From Candidatus Flemingiibacterium sp. (GTDB lineage Bacteria; Bacillota; Clostridia; Oscillospirales; CAG-272), in NCBI GenBank assembly GCA_045634005.1, contig JAZQZL010000018.1:4329-68328 (forward strand): a stretch of 64,000 nt of DNA, written 5' to 3'. Position 1 is the stretch's first letter; the number at the start of each line of letters is the position of its first letter. Below the pieces are notes generated by a model that made no database searches, was not told where the DNA came from, and worked only from the letters and a program-made list of their open reading frames with translations. Below, piece by piece: positions 18,899 through 28,933 of this stretch. A program made the position numbers and the translations under genes.

Positions 18899-18996
18899 TG
18901 TTTCGGAAAGTCAATCTGCTCTATCGCAGGTACCCCTTGTGGATGGTTTTTTGTTTTGTGTATCTGTTTCGTCGAATCGAACCCCTCGAATTGCCG

Positions 18997-20088
18997 CTAT
19001 TCCCCCATCATCTCGCGCCGTTTCTTCCGTCTTACACGGTTGATATGCCGCTCGAAGTCGCCGCTGTTTATAAGTCGAGCTAAAACGAGCTGTACGTACG
19101 TTGGGACCGTACAGGAGTAAAATCCAAGCTTCTTTTCAAATTCCGCCGTAATACCCTTCGGTAAAACCATATACGCCGTACGAAACGACGTGGAAACAGT
19201 CTTTGAAAAGGTGTTCATATAAATGACGTTATCACTGTCCGTGTGCGTGAACAACGTTTCTTCAGGCTTTTTGGATACCGAAAACTCCGACTCAAAGTCG
19301 TCCTCTATGATATATCTGCCCGATATACTCGCCCAGCGCAGATACTCGTGCCGCTTCGACGCACTTGCCGATACGCCGCTCGGGAAGCTTCTGTACGGCG
19401 ATATATGCAAAACATCGGCATGGGTACTTTGAAGCGCCGAGCTCTCTATGCCGTCGTTGCCGAGCAAAAGCATTTCAAGCGGCACGTCGGCGGCGCGGTA
19501 GACCGCTTCGATCTTCTTATACGACGGCGACTCTATCGCGTACACACACTCACGTCCGAAAAATTCAACTATAAGGCTGTAAAGATACTCCGAGCCAGAG
19601 CCTATGATTATCTGCCCGTGCTCTGCAAAAACGCCGCGGCTTCGCGCAAGATAGTGGCATATCGCCTCGCGAAGCTCATACGCACCAAAGCTCGGCGATC
19701 TATCAAGTATCCCCTCGCCGTAATCGTTCATAACGGCGCGCATAGCCTTTGAGAGCACAGAAAACGGAAACTGCTCTGACTGTACGCCCTCACTTTTTGC
19801 TGTGCGGCGAGTATACTCCACCGCCGACGGGCTTGCAAATCCGTCATCCATCCGAAAGATAACGAAATATCCGCTTCGCTCGCGCGGCTCAATATAGCCC
19901 TCGTCGCAGAGCAGCGCGTACGCGTGCTCTGCCGTAACTACGCTAACGCCCGTTTCCTCGCACAGCATACGCTTCGAGGGGAGCTTCGCACCGTACGGAT
20001 ACATGCCACCAACAATATCCGCACGAAGCTGACGGTATAGCTGCAGATATGCCGCAACGCTTGAATTTTTGTCTATCGAATATTTCAT
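18997..20088 (-). CDS. MocR/GabR-family (GntR wHTH + aminotransferase-like) regulator, likely PdxR-type
   Basis: KLPSKRML..VSVVTAEHAY..L..EGYI; IIEDDFESEF; TFSKT; divergent from pdxK. Confidence 0.88.
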   Translation of the reverse strand: MKYSIDKNSSVAAYLQLYRQLRADIVGGMYPYGAKLPSKRMLCEETGVSVVTAEHAYALLCDEGYIEPRERSGYFVIFRMDDGFASPSAVEYTRRTAKSEGVQSEQFPFSVLSKAMRAVMNDYGEGILDRSPSFGAYELREAICHYLARSRGVFAEHGQIIIGSGSEYLYSLIVEFFGRECVYAIESPSYKKIEAVYRAADVPLEMLLLGNDGIESSALQSTHADVLHISPYRSFPSGVSASASKRHEYLRWASISGRYIIEDDFESEFSVSKKPEETLFTHTDSDNVIYMNTFSKTVSTSFRTAYMVLPKGITAEFEKKLGFYSCTVPTYVQLVLARLINSGDFERHINRVRRKKRREMMGE

Positions 20089-20182
20089 CTGGTTATATAC
20101 AATTCTCCTATTTTGATTATTTTCATATATCCAAATATATTATATAATACTTTTTAGAAAAAATCAATAGAGGGATATAAAT

Positions 20183-21013
20183 ATGCCACACAATCATCAA
20201 AAAAAGATAGCGGTCATAAACGATTTCTGCGGCTTCGGACGTTGCTCGCTCGCCGTGTCGATACCGATAATCTCCGCTATGCAGATACAGTGCTGTCCCC
20301 TGCCGACCTCGATCTTCTCAAATCACACAGGCTTCGATAGCTTCTATTTCACGGATTTCACCGAGCATATGAATGCTTACGCCGCCGAGTGGGAAAAGCT
20401 CGATCTTAAATTCAGCGGTATTCTTACGGGATTTCTCGGCTCACCCGAGCAGATTGAAATAGTAATTCACTTTTTGGAGCGCTTCAAAAAAGACGGCACC
20501 GTTACGGTAATAGATCCCGTAATGGGTGACTACGGCCGTCTTTACCCTACGTATTCACCGCTTCTCGCAAAGAAAATGCGTCAGCTTGCTGCAAAAGCCG
20601 ACATACTCACACCCAATCTCACCGAAGCCTGCATACTCACCGATACAGCGTACCGCACAGATATAAGCGAGCGCGAGCTTGTGGATATTTGCGAAAATCT
20701 CGGCGCGATAGGCCCTGATAAGATCGTAATATCCGGCCTTGAGCGTGGCGATGATCTTGAAAACTTCGTTTGGTCTAAAGGCACCGAGCCGACGGTTATC
20801 CGCGAGCACAAGGTAGGTCCCTGCCGTTCGGGCACGGGCGACGTTTTCTCGTCGATGATAGCCGCCAACGCCGTCAAGGGCGTTGATTTTACGGAGTCAG
20901 TACGCCTCGCATCTGCATTTATAGCAAAGGTACTTCGCCGCACGCTCGAGCTTGATCTTCCCGGCACGGACGGAATTTGCTTTGAAGAATATTTATCTGA
21001 AATAAACGGGTGA
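20183..21013 (+). CDS. pdxK: Pyridoxal/pyridoxamine kinase
   Basis: GFGRCSL, SNHTGF, DPVMGD, TPNLTEA and GTGDVF motifs. Confidence 0.92.
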   Translation: MPHNHQKKIAVINDFCGFGRCSLAVSIPIISAMQIQCCPLPTSIFSNHTGFDSFYFTDFTEHMNAYAAEWEKLDLKFSGILTGFLGSPEQIEIVIHFLERFKKDGTVTVIDPVMGDYGRLYPTYSPLLAKKMRQLAAKADILTPNLTEACILTDTAYRTDISERELVDICENLGAIGPDKIVISGLERGDDLENFVWSKGTEPTVIREHKVGPCRSGTGDVFSSMIAANAVKGVDFTESVRLASAFIAKVLRRTLELDLPGTDGICFEEYLSEING

Positions 21014-21018
21014 CTACC

Positions 21019-21513
21019 ATGAAAAACAAAATTAGGCTTATCTGCATCACGGGAATATTCACCGCGTTGATATTCATATTCACCGCGTACGTTCATATCC
21101 CAAGCCACACGGGATACACACACATCGGCGACGCATTTATATACCTTGCTGCGTGTCTTTTGCCGTATCCTTACGCTATGATCGCTGGATCGGCAGGCGC
21201 ACTTTTCGCCGATCTTTTCACGGGATACGCAATATGGGCACCCGCTTCTGTAATAATCAAGGCGTTGTACGTGCTTTTCTTCTCGCGCCGTCAGAGTATA
21301 CTCTCCGTACGCAGTCTCGTCGCTTTGTTTCCTTCCGCACTTATATGTATCGGTGGATACTATCTCTACGAGGCGATAATTACCGCCAACCTCATCGCAC
21401 CGCTTGCAGGCATTCCCGGGTACGTAATTCAGTCGGCATCAAGCTCTGTTGTCTTTTTAGTCCTCGGTGCAATTTTTGATAAAGCCAAGCTTCGCGAGCG
21501 CATTCTGAAATAA
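21019..21513 (+). CDS. ECF transporter S component (probably vitamin B6-related)
   Basis: HIP..GYTHIGDAFIYL..ADL..GYAIWAP; operonic with pdxK. Confidence 0.85.
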   Translation: MKNKIRLICITGIFTALIFIFTAYVHIPSHTGYTHIGDAFIYLAACLLPYPYAMIAGSAGALFADLFTGYAIWAPASVIIKALYVLFFSRRQSILSVRSLVALFPSALICIGGYYLYEAIITANLIAPLAGIPGYVIQSASSSVVFLVLGAIFDKAKLRERILK

Positions 21514-21549
21514 AAAACGAGCCTTACGAAATCGTAAGGCTCGTTTTTT
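21512..21549. terminator. Bidirectional terminator
   Basis: aaaaaacgagccttacga-aa-tcgtaaggctcgtttttt. Confidence 0.88.
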
Positions 21550-21557
21550 GTTTTAAG

Positions 21558-22673
21558 TTATTCTGCCGCTTCGGTATCAGCGGTGTCCTCAGTTTCGAGG
21601 TTTTCTACTACGTTGCCGTTTTCAGCAATGAATGCGGGAATGATTTCCTGGAAGAGCATATACTGCTTGATATAGGGCTTGCCCATTTCCGCAACGTACT
21701 GTGTGTAACCTGCCTCGTCGATCTGCTCGTCACTTACGGTGAGATTTTCAGCCTCGGCAATAGCCTGAGCCGCAAGATAAAGTCCTGCGTCAGAGGTGTA
21801 GGTTTCCATATTAGCCTCGATGTACGCGTCCTTGCTCTCGTGGCCGTAGTAGGTAGCGAGATAGTCCTCAACGCTCATTCCGTACATGCTTGCATAGTAC
21901 TCAAGGTTGGAGATGTCGAGATCGATAATATAGTTGAGTGCCGCCTCGGGAATCTCGGAAACCTCTGCCTTATCAAGCAGCTCCGTAAAGAAGTAGAAGC
22001 GTGCGCTTGCAACAAGCCATTCTTCAATGTCCGCAACAAGCTCGTCAGAAGTGGTAAAGCCGTAATCAGCCGCGATATCATCGTTGAGCTCTGCCTTTAT
22101 AATGTCACCGTGAATATGGTTAACAGTAATGCTAAAGGTTGCGTCCTTGCCGTTAAGCTCTTCATTGCCGTAATCCTCGGGGAAGGTTACCTCGATGTCA
22201 AACTTTTCGCCCGATGCGTGGCCGATAAGCTGCTCAAGAAAATCGTCAATGTAGTTGGTTACGCCGATAGTTACGTCAGTACCAAGACCGCCGGTGTTGC
22301 CGCCGTCGAACTCAATACCGTCAATGTAGCCAACGTAGTCGATGTTTACGGTATCGCCATCCTTAATAAGAATGGTAGGATCGGTAACTTCAACGTAGGT
22401 GTCGTACTGCGCGAGAACCTCATCAATCTGTGCCTGAACGTCTTTCTCGGAAGCCTCGATCAGGTTTCTCGTAACGTCAATGCCCTTGTACTCGGGAAGG
22501 GTTACAAAGTCGAGTGCGCGTACGCCCTCAAAGTAGCCGTTCTCGTCAAGTCCCTGGCTGTACGAAGAAACATCAGCTTCGTCTCCCGCATTATCATCTT
22601 TACAGGATACGAGAGTTGCTCCGAGCATAGCTCCTGCCAAAAGGAGTGCTAAAATTTTGCTTTTCTTGTTCAT
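21558..22673 (-). CDS. Lipoprotein trigger-factor-like FKBP peptidyl-prolyl isomerase
   Basis: LVSC lipobox; GDTVNIDYVG..FDGG; FPEDY..L.GK.A.F. Confidence 0.85.
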   Translation of the reverse strand: MNKKSKILALLLAGAMLGATLVSCKDDNAGDEADVSSYSQGLDENGYFEGVRALDFVTLPEYKGIDVTRNLIEASEKDVQAQIDEVLAQYDTYVEVTDPTILIKDGDTVNIDYVGYIDGIEFDGGNTGGLGTDVTIGVTNYIDDFLEQLIGHASGEKFDIEVTFPEDYGNEELNGKDATFSITVNHIHGDIIKAELNDDIAADYGFTTSDELVADIEEWLVASARFYFFTELLDKAEVSEIPEAALNYIIDLDISNLEYYASMYGMSVEDYLATYYGHESKDAYIEANMETYTSDAGLYLAAQAIAEAENLTVSDEQIDEAGYTQYVAEMGKPYIKQYMLFQEIIPAFIAENGNVVENLETEDTADTEAAE

Positions 22674-22728
22674 TGGTATTCTCCATTTCTTGCTTTCGCA
22701 ATTTATTTTTATATTTCCCACCTGCATA

Positions 22729-23610
22729 TCAGTTTGCAGGATAATAGGGCTTTGTTAAATGTGCGGTGATTCCTTGTTTTTCAAGAGCGTCTACCGCCAA
22801 AAGTGCCGTTTTTTCATCGGCAAATACACCAAACACAGACGGACCGCTTCCGCTCATCATAGCCTTGAGCGCTCCGGCGCCTGAAAGAGTATCCCGAATA
22901 AGTCGAGCGACTTCGCGCTCGGGCAGAACAACAGATTCAAAAATGTTAGTCATTTCCGATGCTACGGCGGTGATATCACCGCTCTCGATTGCGCTGGCGA
23001 GTTTATCCGAGGACACGTCACGCGTTTCGTAGTCATACATCTCGTCAAGCCGCGCATACGCCCACGGCGTAGATACGCCCTCGCCGGCACACGCCACAAC
23101 GATAAAGCAATCGGGAAGCTTTGCACACGGCGAGCATATTTCGCCGATCCCGCGCGTCACGGCTATTCCCTGCCGCACGCAGAACGGCACGTCTGCACCG
23201 ATGCGTGCGCCAAGCGCGCATATCTCGTCAATATCCAACCCTGTGCCGTAAAGCTCATTCAGCGCGAGCAGAGTAGTCGCCGCATCGGAGCTTCCGCCAC
23301 CAAGCCCTGCCGCCATCGGTATATGCTTTTCGAGGTACACCGTGACATCGGATTCATCTGCTTTCGTATGATCGAAAAACAGCTTCGCCGCGCGGTACAC
23401 AAGATTTTTCTCATCGAGCGGCACCCGAGTGTCGTTACATTCAAGTATTATGCTGCGTCCGTCGCGCACACGCCTTGTAAAGGTGAGCGTGTCAAATAGG
23501 TCAACCGTCTGCATAATGCTTTCGATGTTATGGTATCCGTCGGGACGGCGTGAGGTCACCTCGAGGTATAAGTTTATCTTTGCGGGTGCGTTTAATTGGA
23601 GTTCTGTCAT
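22729..23610 (-). CDS. ispE: 4-diphosphocytidyl-2C-methyl-D-erythritol kinase
   Basis: APAKINLYL, DGYH, IPMAAGLGGGSSDAA, GADVPF and MSGSG motifs. Confidence 0.96.
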   Translation of the reverse strand: MTELQLNAPAKINLYLEVTSRRPDGYHNIESIMQTVDLFDTLTFTRRVRDGRSIILECNDTRVPLDEKNLVYRAAKLFFDHTKADESDVTVYLEKHIPMAAGLGGGSSDAATTLLALNELYGTGLDIDEICALGARIGADVPFCVRQGIAVTRGIGEICSPCAKLPDCFIVVACAGEGVSTPWAYARLDEMYDYETRDVSSDKLASAIESGDITAVASEMTNIFESVVLPEREVARLIRDTLSGAGALKAMMSGSGPSVFGVFADEKTALLAVDALEKQGITAHLTKPYYPAN

Positions 23611-23616
23611 GCTAAA

Positions 23617-24807
23617 TCACCCTCCAATAAGCTTAATAATTGGATTTTTCTTTATCTTTACCGCCTTAAAGGGACAAAGCTCCTGACAACAGTAGCACTT
23701 GATGCAATCACTGTCAATAATAAACGCCTGCTTTTTTCCGTTTGGCGTTTTACGCATCTCAATGGTATGCCTCGGACAGCTTCGCTCGCACTCCGCACAT
23801 CCTACGCACACCTTTTTATTTATCACGGGACGCGGCTGAAGCCACGTGTTAAGCCGTCCGCCGAACATAGTCGGTAGCTTTGCAAGAAGTGAGCTTCCAA
23901 GACGTCCGCCGCCCGTGTCGGGTTTCTTAAAATCGCTTACCGTGAACCCTTCTATCGGCTCGTCGGACACAAGCGTTACGTCCTCAACACGCTGGGCGCC
24001 AAGTCCGCGGCGGCTGCCTTCGTCAAGCATTATTATGCCGTCGGCGCCGATTATCTTCGCACCCACGTTGTCTACCGTGAAGGGATTTATACCCGATATG
24101 AGGCACTCCATTTTTCTTGGATTACCGCCCGTCGGGCCATTGCCCTCCATTGCAAGAATTCCGTCGAGCACGTTAAATGTCGGCTTATTATCGAGATGCA
24201 TCTGACAAAGATCAACGAGCATCGAGCCGAAATCGCTGTAGTTCGGGAAGCGCGCGTGCATCTCAAATTTCGTAACGCCGGGAACCGTGCCGAAATAGTT
24301 TTTGACCGCGCCGCTGTAACCCGTCAGCGCGTGGCTTTTTAGCTTCGCAAGATTTACGATCACGTCCGCGTCGAGTATCGGCGTGATTATCGAGAACATC
24401 TTCGAGGTCTTTCCCTTCGGCGCTTCCACGTCACGTGCGCTAACATCAAAATTCAGGCGCACGCCGTACTTTTCTGCTATCGCTGTTATTCCACAGCCCT
24501 TATACGTAGCCGAAAGCGTCTGCGGTGTATACAAACCGCCGGGGCTTTCCGCAATCACTATATCCTTTGCGCTGTCCTTAAGTATGCGAATTACCGCCTC
24601 AAGCACCGCCGGATGTGTAGTTGCCGCCGCTTCAGGACTTTTCTTCATAACAAGATTCGGCTTTATCGCAACTATCTTATTTTCAAACATATGAGCTATG
24701 CCAAGCCGCGAAATTTGCAAGCGGAGCACGCTCTCGATAAGCTCCACGTCGTACGAGCCTACGCGGTCAAGTGCGACGGGTGTGGTTTTGTCTATATTAA
24801 ATTCCAT
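23617..24807 (-). CDS. DUF362 protein with C-terminal 2x[4Fe-4S] domain
   Basis: IKPNLV..TTHP, KLKSH, MEGNGP, CVGCAECERSCP and CIKCYCCQELCP motifs. Confidence 0.9.
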   Translation of the reverse strand: MEFNIDKTTPVALDRVGSYDVELIESVLRLQISRLGIAHMFENKIVAIKPNLVMKKSPEAAATTHPAVLEAVIRILKDSAKDIVIAESPGGLYTPQTLSATYKGCGITAIAEKYGVRLNFDVSARDVEAPKGKTSKMFSIITPILDADVIVNLAKLKSHALTGYSGAVKNYFGTVPGVTKFEMHARFPNYSDFGSMLVDLCQMHLDNKPTFNVLDGILAMEGNGPTGGNPRKMECLISGINPFTVDNVGAKIIGADGIIMLDEGSRRGLGAQRVEDVTLVSDEPIEGFTVSDFKKPDTGGGRLGSSLLAKLPTMFGGRLNTWLQPRPVINKKVCVGCAECERSCPRHTIEMRKTPNGKKQAFIIDSDCIKCYCCQELCPFKAVKIKKNPIIKLIGG

Positions 24808-24828
24808 TTCCGCCGCTCCTTTTGCCTT

Positions 24829-26088
24829 TTATCCTTTTGTAACAGCCTCAAAATCCCGTACGAATTCGGGGTAAGATTTATTTATACAGCTCATATCGTC
24901 AACAAAAACGTCACCCGTACAGCCTGCCGATGCCGCAGCCGCAGCCATTGCGATACGGTGGTCGTTGCACGCGCACACTCTACCGCCCGTAAGCTTTTGC
25001 TTGCCGACGATTACAAGTCCGTCCTCACTCTCGTGAGCCTCGCCGCCGAGCGCGTTTATCATCGCTGCAGTTGATGCGATTCGATCGCTTTCCTTAATAC
25101 GAAGTCGGCCTGCGTTGTAAATACGAGTAGTACCGCTTGCGAATGCCGCCATAACGGCAAGTGCAGGCACCAGGTCGGGAATATCCTTTGCATCTATATC
25201 GTGTGCAACAAGCCCCTCCCCCTTCGCTACTGTAACGTCGTCGCCGTTCCACGAAACGTCCGCACCAAAGCGGCTTACTATATCAAACAGCGCGAAATCG
25301 CCCTGCTTTGTGTCGCGGTTTATACCGCTCATTGTAACCCTGCCTCCGATTGCCGCCGCAACCGCGAAAAACGCCGCCTGCGAGCAGTCGCCCTCGACGT
25401 CAATATCATTCGGAGTAAGCATACAGCCGACAACGGTGTAACCGTCGGACTCCTCTGTGATATTCGCGCCGAAGCGGCGCAGAGTTTGCAGCGTGAGATC
25501 AACATACGGCTTGCTCTCGAGCGTTGTCGTGATCTTTATTTTGCTTACGCCTTCAAGTGAAGTCGCCGCGCAGATAAGCCCTGTAACGAACTGCGAGGAG
25601 ATATCGCCGCAAAGCTGATACTCGCCCGCCGTAAGAGCTCCGTCGATAAGAAGCGGCAAAAATTCGCCGTTTTCGGGGTAAGTAAGCCTTGCGCCGCGAG
25701 CCTCAAGCAACTGCCTATATATGTCAGTAGGACGGTTTGGGAGCCTTCCCTCCCCCATGAACGTAACTCGTGCGCCAAGCGATGCGGCTATAGGAATTAA
25801 AAAACGCAAGGTAGACGCCGACTCGCCGCAGTTTATCGTAGCACTTGCACCGCGTCCACACGGCGCGCCTATGTAAAACGTCCGTGTATTAGAGTCGTAC
25901 GTGATAGATGCACCGAGCGCTGAAAGGGCGCTCGCCGTAGCGGTAATATCGTTTGAAACGTCAACTCCGCGTACCACCGAGTGACCTGCAAGCGCCGCAC
26001 CTATAAGCGCGCGATGCGATTGGCTCTTCGACGAGGGTATGCGAACTGTGCCGTCTATTTTAGTGGGAGCAAATTTCATATTTTTCAT
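24829..26088 (-). CDS. aroA: EPSP synthase
   Basis: SKSQSHR, ESASTLR, SSQF, RIKESDR and DHRIAM motifs. Confidence 0.96.
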   Translation of the reverse strand: MKNMKFAPTKIDGTVRIPSSKSQSHRALIGAALAGHSVVRGVDVSNDITATASALSALGASITYDSNTRTFYIGAPCGRGASATINCGESASTLRFLIPIAASLGARVTFMGEGRLPNRPTDIYRQLLEARGARLTYPENGEFLPLLIDGALTAGEYQLCGDISSQFVTGLICAATSLEGVSKIKITTTLESKPYVDLTLQTLRRFGANITEESDGYTVVGCMLTPNDIDVEGDCSQAAFFAVAAAIGGRVTMSGINRDTKQGDFALFDIVSRFGADVSWNGDDVTVAKGEGLVAHDIDAKDIPDLVPALAVMAAFASGTTRIYNAGRLRIKESDRIASTAAMINALGGEAHESEDGLVIVGKQKLTGGRVCACNDHRIAMAAAAASAGCTGDVFVDDMSCINKSYPEFVRDFEAVTKG

Positions 26089-27125
26089 ATCGAGTCACCA
26101 ATCAGCGAAATCGGAAGTTTTTTAATGATTGGCGTCCCGATTTTATCAATAAGTATAAACTTGACTTCGTCGCCGACGCGCTTTTTATCCGAAGCAATTA
26201 CCGAAAGAAGCGCATCTGTAGGATAGTCCATATCCGTCGGAAGTGACCACGCACAAAGCACGTCACGTATCTCTGCCTCGAGTGCCTTATCACATCCGAG
26301 CGCCGCGCCGACACGCGCCGCGTACAGCATACCGATTCCAACAGCTTCTCCGTGCGAGAATCGCTCGAATTTGCCGAGCTTTTCCACGGCGTGACCAACT
26401 GTGTGACCGTAATTTAGGATAGCGCGAATACCGCACTCAAACTCGTCCTCCTCGACCACGCGCGCTTTTATCTTCATACAGCGGTATATCAACTCGGTAC
26501 GGGATATGCTCCTGTCCGCAATCGAGTAAAACAGCTCCTTATCCGCGATACAGCCGTACTTGATAGCCTCGCCCATTCCATCGTCCATATAACGCTTCGG
26601 GAGCGTGTCGAGGAATTTACTGTCCGCTATAACCGCGATAGGCTGGTGGAACGCACCGACGAGATTTTTGCCAATCGAAAGGTCAACGCCCGTCTTGCCG
26701 CCGATAGACGAATCTATCTGCGAGAGCAGCGTGGTCGGCACCTGAAGCACGTCGATACCGCGAAGGTACGTCGCCGCCGCAAATCCCGTCATATCTCCGC
26801 ACACACCACCGCCAAGCGCAATTATCAGCGACTTTCGCGTAAGCGCTGCCGCGGCAAACGACGCGTACATTTCGGTAACGGTTTCAATACACTTACTCGT
26901 TTCGCCCGCCAAAAAGATGTGCTCGCCCGCGAGTATGATACCGCACATTGCAAGTCGCGCCTTAAAATACTCGCCCCACAGAGAAAAAACATTGCTGTCG
27001 GACACAAGAAAAACGCGGTCGTATTCTCGCCCGGACAGAGCGCTCTCGAGCGCCTCTGCAAGTATATCCGCACCGACGTAAATCGTATATTCACCATGCG
27101 AATGCACAACGTTTATCTTTTCCAT
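26085..27125 (-). CDS. aroB: 3-dehydroquinate synthase
   Basis: GGGVCGD, PTTLLSQIDSSIGGK, LNYGHT and HGEAV motifs. Confidence 0.96.
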   Translation of the reverse strand: MEKINVVHSHGEYTIYVGADILAEALESALSGREYDRVFLVSDSNVFSLWGEYFKARLAMCGIILAGEHIFLAGETSKCIETVTEMYASFAAAALTRKSLIIALGGGVCGDMTGFAAATYLRGIDVLQVPTTLLSQIDSSIGGKTGVDLSIGKNLVGAFHQPIAVIADSKFLDTLPKRYMDDGMGEAIKYGCIADKELFYSIADRSISRTELIYRCMKIKARVVEEDEFECGIRAILNYGHTVGHAVEKLGKFERFSHGEAVGIGMLYAARVGAALGCDKALEAEIRDVLCAWSLPTDMDYPTDALLSVIASDKKRVGDEVKFILIDKIGTPIIKKLPISLIGDSI

Positions 27126-27399
27126 AGCCGTTCTCACTACCTTTGCATAATTTGCAATTTAAAAGCGTAATTTCATACATCATAATATACCACAAATACT
27201 ACTATACCACAAATCGCGTCATTTTGCAATAACACGGGCAACAAATTTATATTTTTTTCAAAAAATTCGCGAAGCCGTCACATACCCAACAGAATAAACG
27301 CAAAAAACGCCCCACAATAGGCTAATTTCTAAAATGACTTGACAATTATAGGATTTTTGCGGTATAATTAGACTGTGTAATAATATATTTTCCGGAGGT

Positions 27400-28845
27400 A
27401 TGTCATTGAAACTCGATTGGAACCGTAAATATACGACCATCGCAGCGTACGTAGTGCTCACCGCACTGATTCTAATGGTGCTTTGCACGGTGTTCGTTAA
27501 TTTTACAGGCGTGAAAAACTTTATATCAACCTTCAACGCGATAATGGCGCCGTTCTACATCGGTCTTATTATTGCGTACATCGCAAATCCGATAATGAAG
27601 CTGACGGAAAAATATATATTCCGTTTTAAAGTTACTACGGCAAGACGATTCAAGCTAAAGCGCGGTCTTTCCATATTCATAGCACTTACGGTGCTTCTCA
27701 TCGCCGTTACAATACTCTTTTTGCTCATTATCCCGCAGGTCGTTCTGAGTATAACAGACCTCGTTTCAAAGATGGAGGGTTATATCAAAAATACGGTATC
27801 GTGGCTCGATGAGTTTTTACCCGATACTATATTTAACGCCGCAGACCTAACTCTTGAAAATTTCTATCACTCCATACTCAATTATTTTTCCGCCTCTGAA
27901 ATTGGTGAAGAAATCTACGATATTTCCGAACAGCTCGACGTTATTTCAAATAATCTCGACACGCTGATACACAACTCAATCACTATCCTGAAGGACTACG
28001 TACCCGTAGTGATCGGCGCGTTTGCCGGTGTTGCAAACGGTGTACTCAATCTCATCCTTGGCGTATTCTTCTCCATATACATTCTTGCATCAAAGGAAAA
28101 GCTTGCGGCACAGGCAAAGAAAACGATCCGCGCTTTTTCAAATGAGCGCGGTTACAACAGCATACTCGAATTTGGAAATTATGCAGATAAAACCTTCGGC
28201 GCCTATCTTTTCGGTAAGGTTATCGACTCGCTTGTTGTAGGCGTGGTTATCTTTATTGTATTCCTTATTTTCAAGATCCCGTATGCACCGCTTTTGAGCG
28301 TACTCATCGCGATAACGAATATAATTCCGGTTATCGGTCCGTTTATCGGCGCGATCCCGGGTGTGCTCATTATATTCATCGTTGATCCCTCAAAGGTTCT
28401 TTGGTTTATCATCATCAATATAATCGTTCAGCAGATAGACGGCAATATCATCGTTCCAAAGATACTCGGCGAAACGACCGGACTTTCTTCACTTTGGGTG
28501 CTTTTCTCCATAACCGTTATGGGCGGCCTTTGGGGACTTATGGGAATGTTCGTCAGCGTTCCGATATTCGCACTGCTCTATATGCTCTTTAAGCTGTTCG
28601 TTGAAGGACGTCTCCGCAACGATAATCTTCCATGCGAAACAGAGGAATATTACGCCGAAGCGGAAATTCGCAATTTCACCGAGAACGATGCTAATAAGAA
28701 TTCTTTTGCAACGCTTATCAAACGCACAAGCGAGGATACCTCCACAAAAACGCTCGGTGGAAAGCTGAAGGGCAAGATGAAGAAAAAAGGAAAAGCTTCA
28801 CCCGACACCTCCGAAAATGAAAACACCGCGGATAAAGACAACTAA
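27400..28845 (+). CDS. AI-2E (UPF0118) family transporter
   Basis: NIIPVIGPFIG, QQIDGNII.PKI and GG.WG..GM motifs. Confidence 0.9.
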   Translation: MSLKLDWNRKYTTIAAYVVLTALILMVLCTVFVNFTGVKNFISTFNAIMAPFYIGLIIAYIANPIMKLTEKYIFRFKVTTARRFKLKRGLSIFIALTVLLIAVTILFLLIIPQVVLSITDLVSKMEGYIKNTVSWLDEFLPDTIFNAADLTLENFYHSILNYFSASEIGEEIYDISEQLDVISNNLDTLIHNSITILKDYVPVVIGAFAGVANGVLNLILGVFFSIYILASKEKLAAQAKKTIRAFSNERGYNSILEFGNYADKTFGAYLFGKVIDSLVVGVVIFIVFLIFKIPYAPLLSVLIAITNIIPVIGPFIGAIPGVLIIFIVDPSKVLWFIIINIIVQQIDGNIIVPKILGETTGLSSLWVLFSITVMGGLWGLMGMFVSVPIFALLYMLFKLFVEGRLRNDNLPCETEEYYAEAEIRNFTENDANKNSFATLIKRTSEDTSTKTLGGKLKGKMKKKGKASPDTSENENTADKDN

Positions 28846-28933
28846 AAGCCGTGCGAGCCGTCAATTCTGACGGCTCGCTTTTAGTATACAAAAGGGGCGT
28901 CGCTATGCGACGCCCCTTAATTTTGGCCTTTAT

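Larger units (their letters stand above)
17247..18938. mobile_element. Non-autonomous mini-element B (att-like ends + oriT + one XRE gene)
   Basis: Left arm gtacctgcgataaagcag (17252-17269, identical to element A) and right arm ctgctctatcgcaggtac (18916-18933, 17/18 inverted match), each 3 nt from a TT core; removal restores aaaaaccatcc-cttgt-ggatggttttt. Confidence 0.85.
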
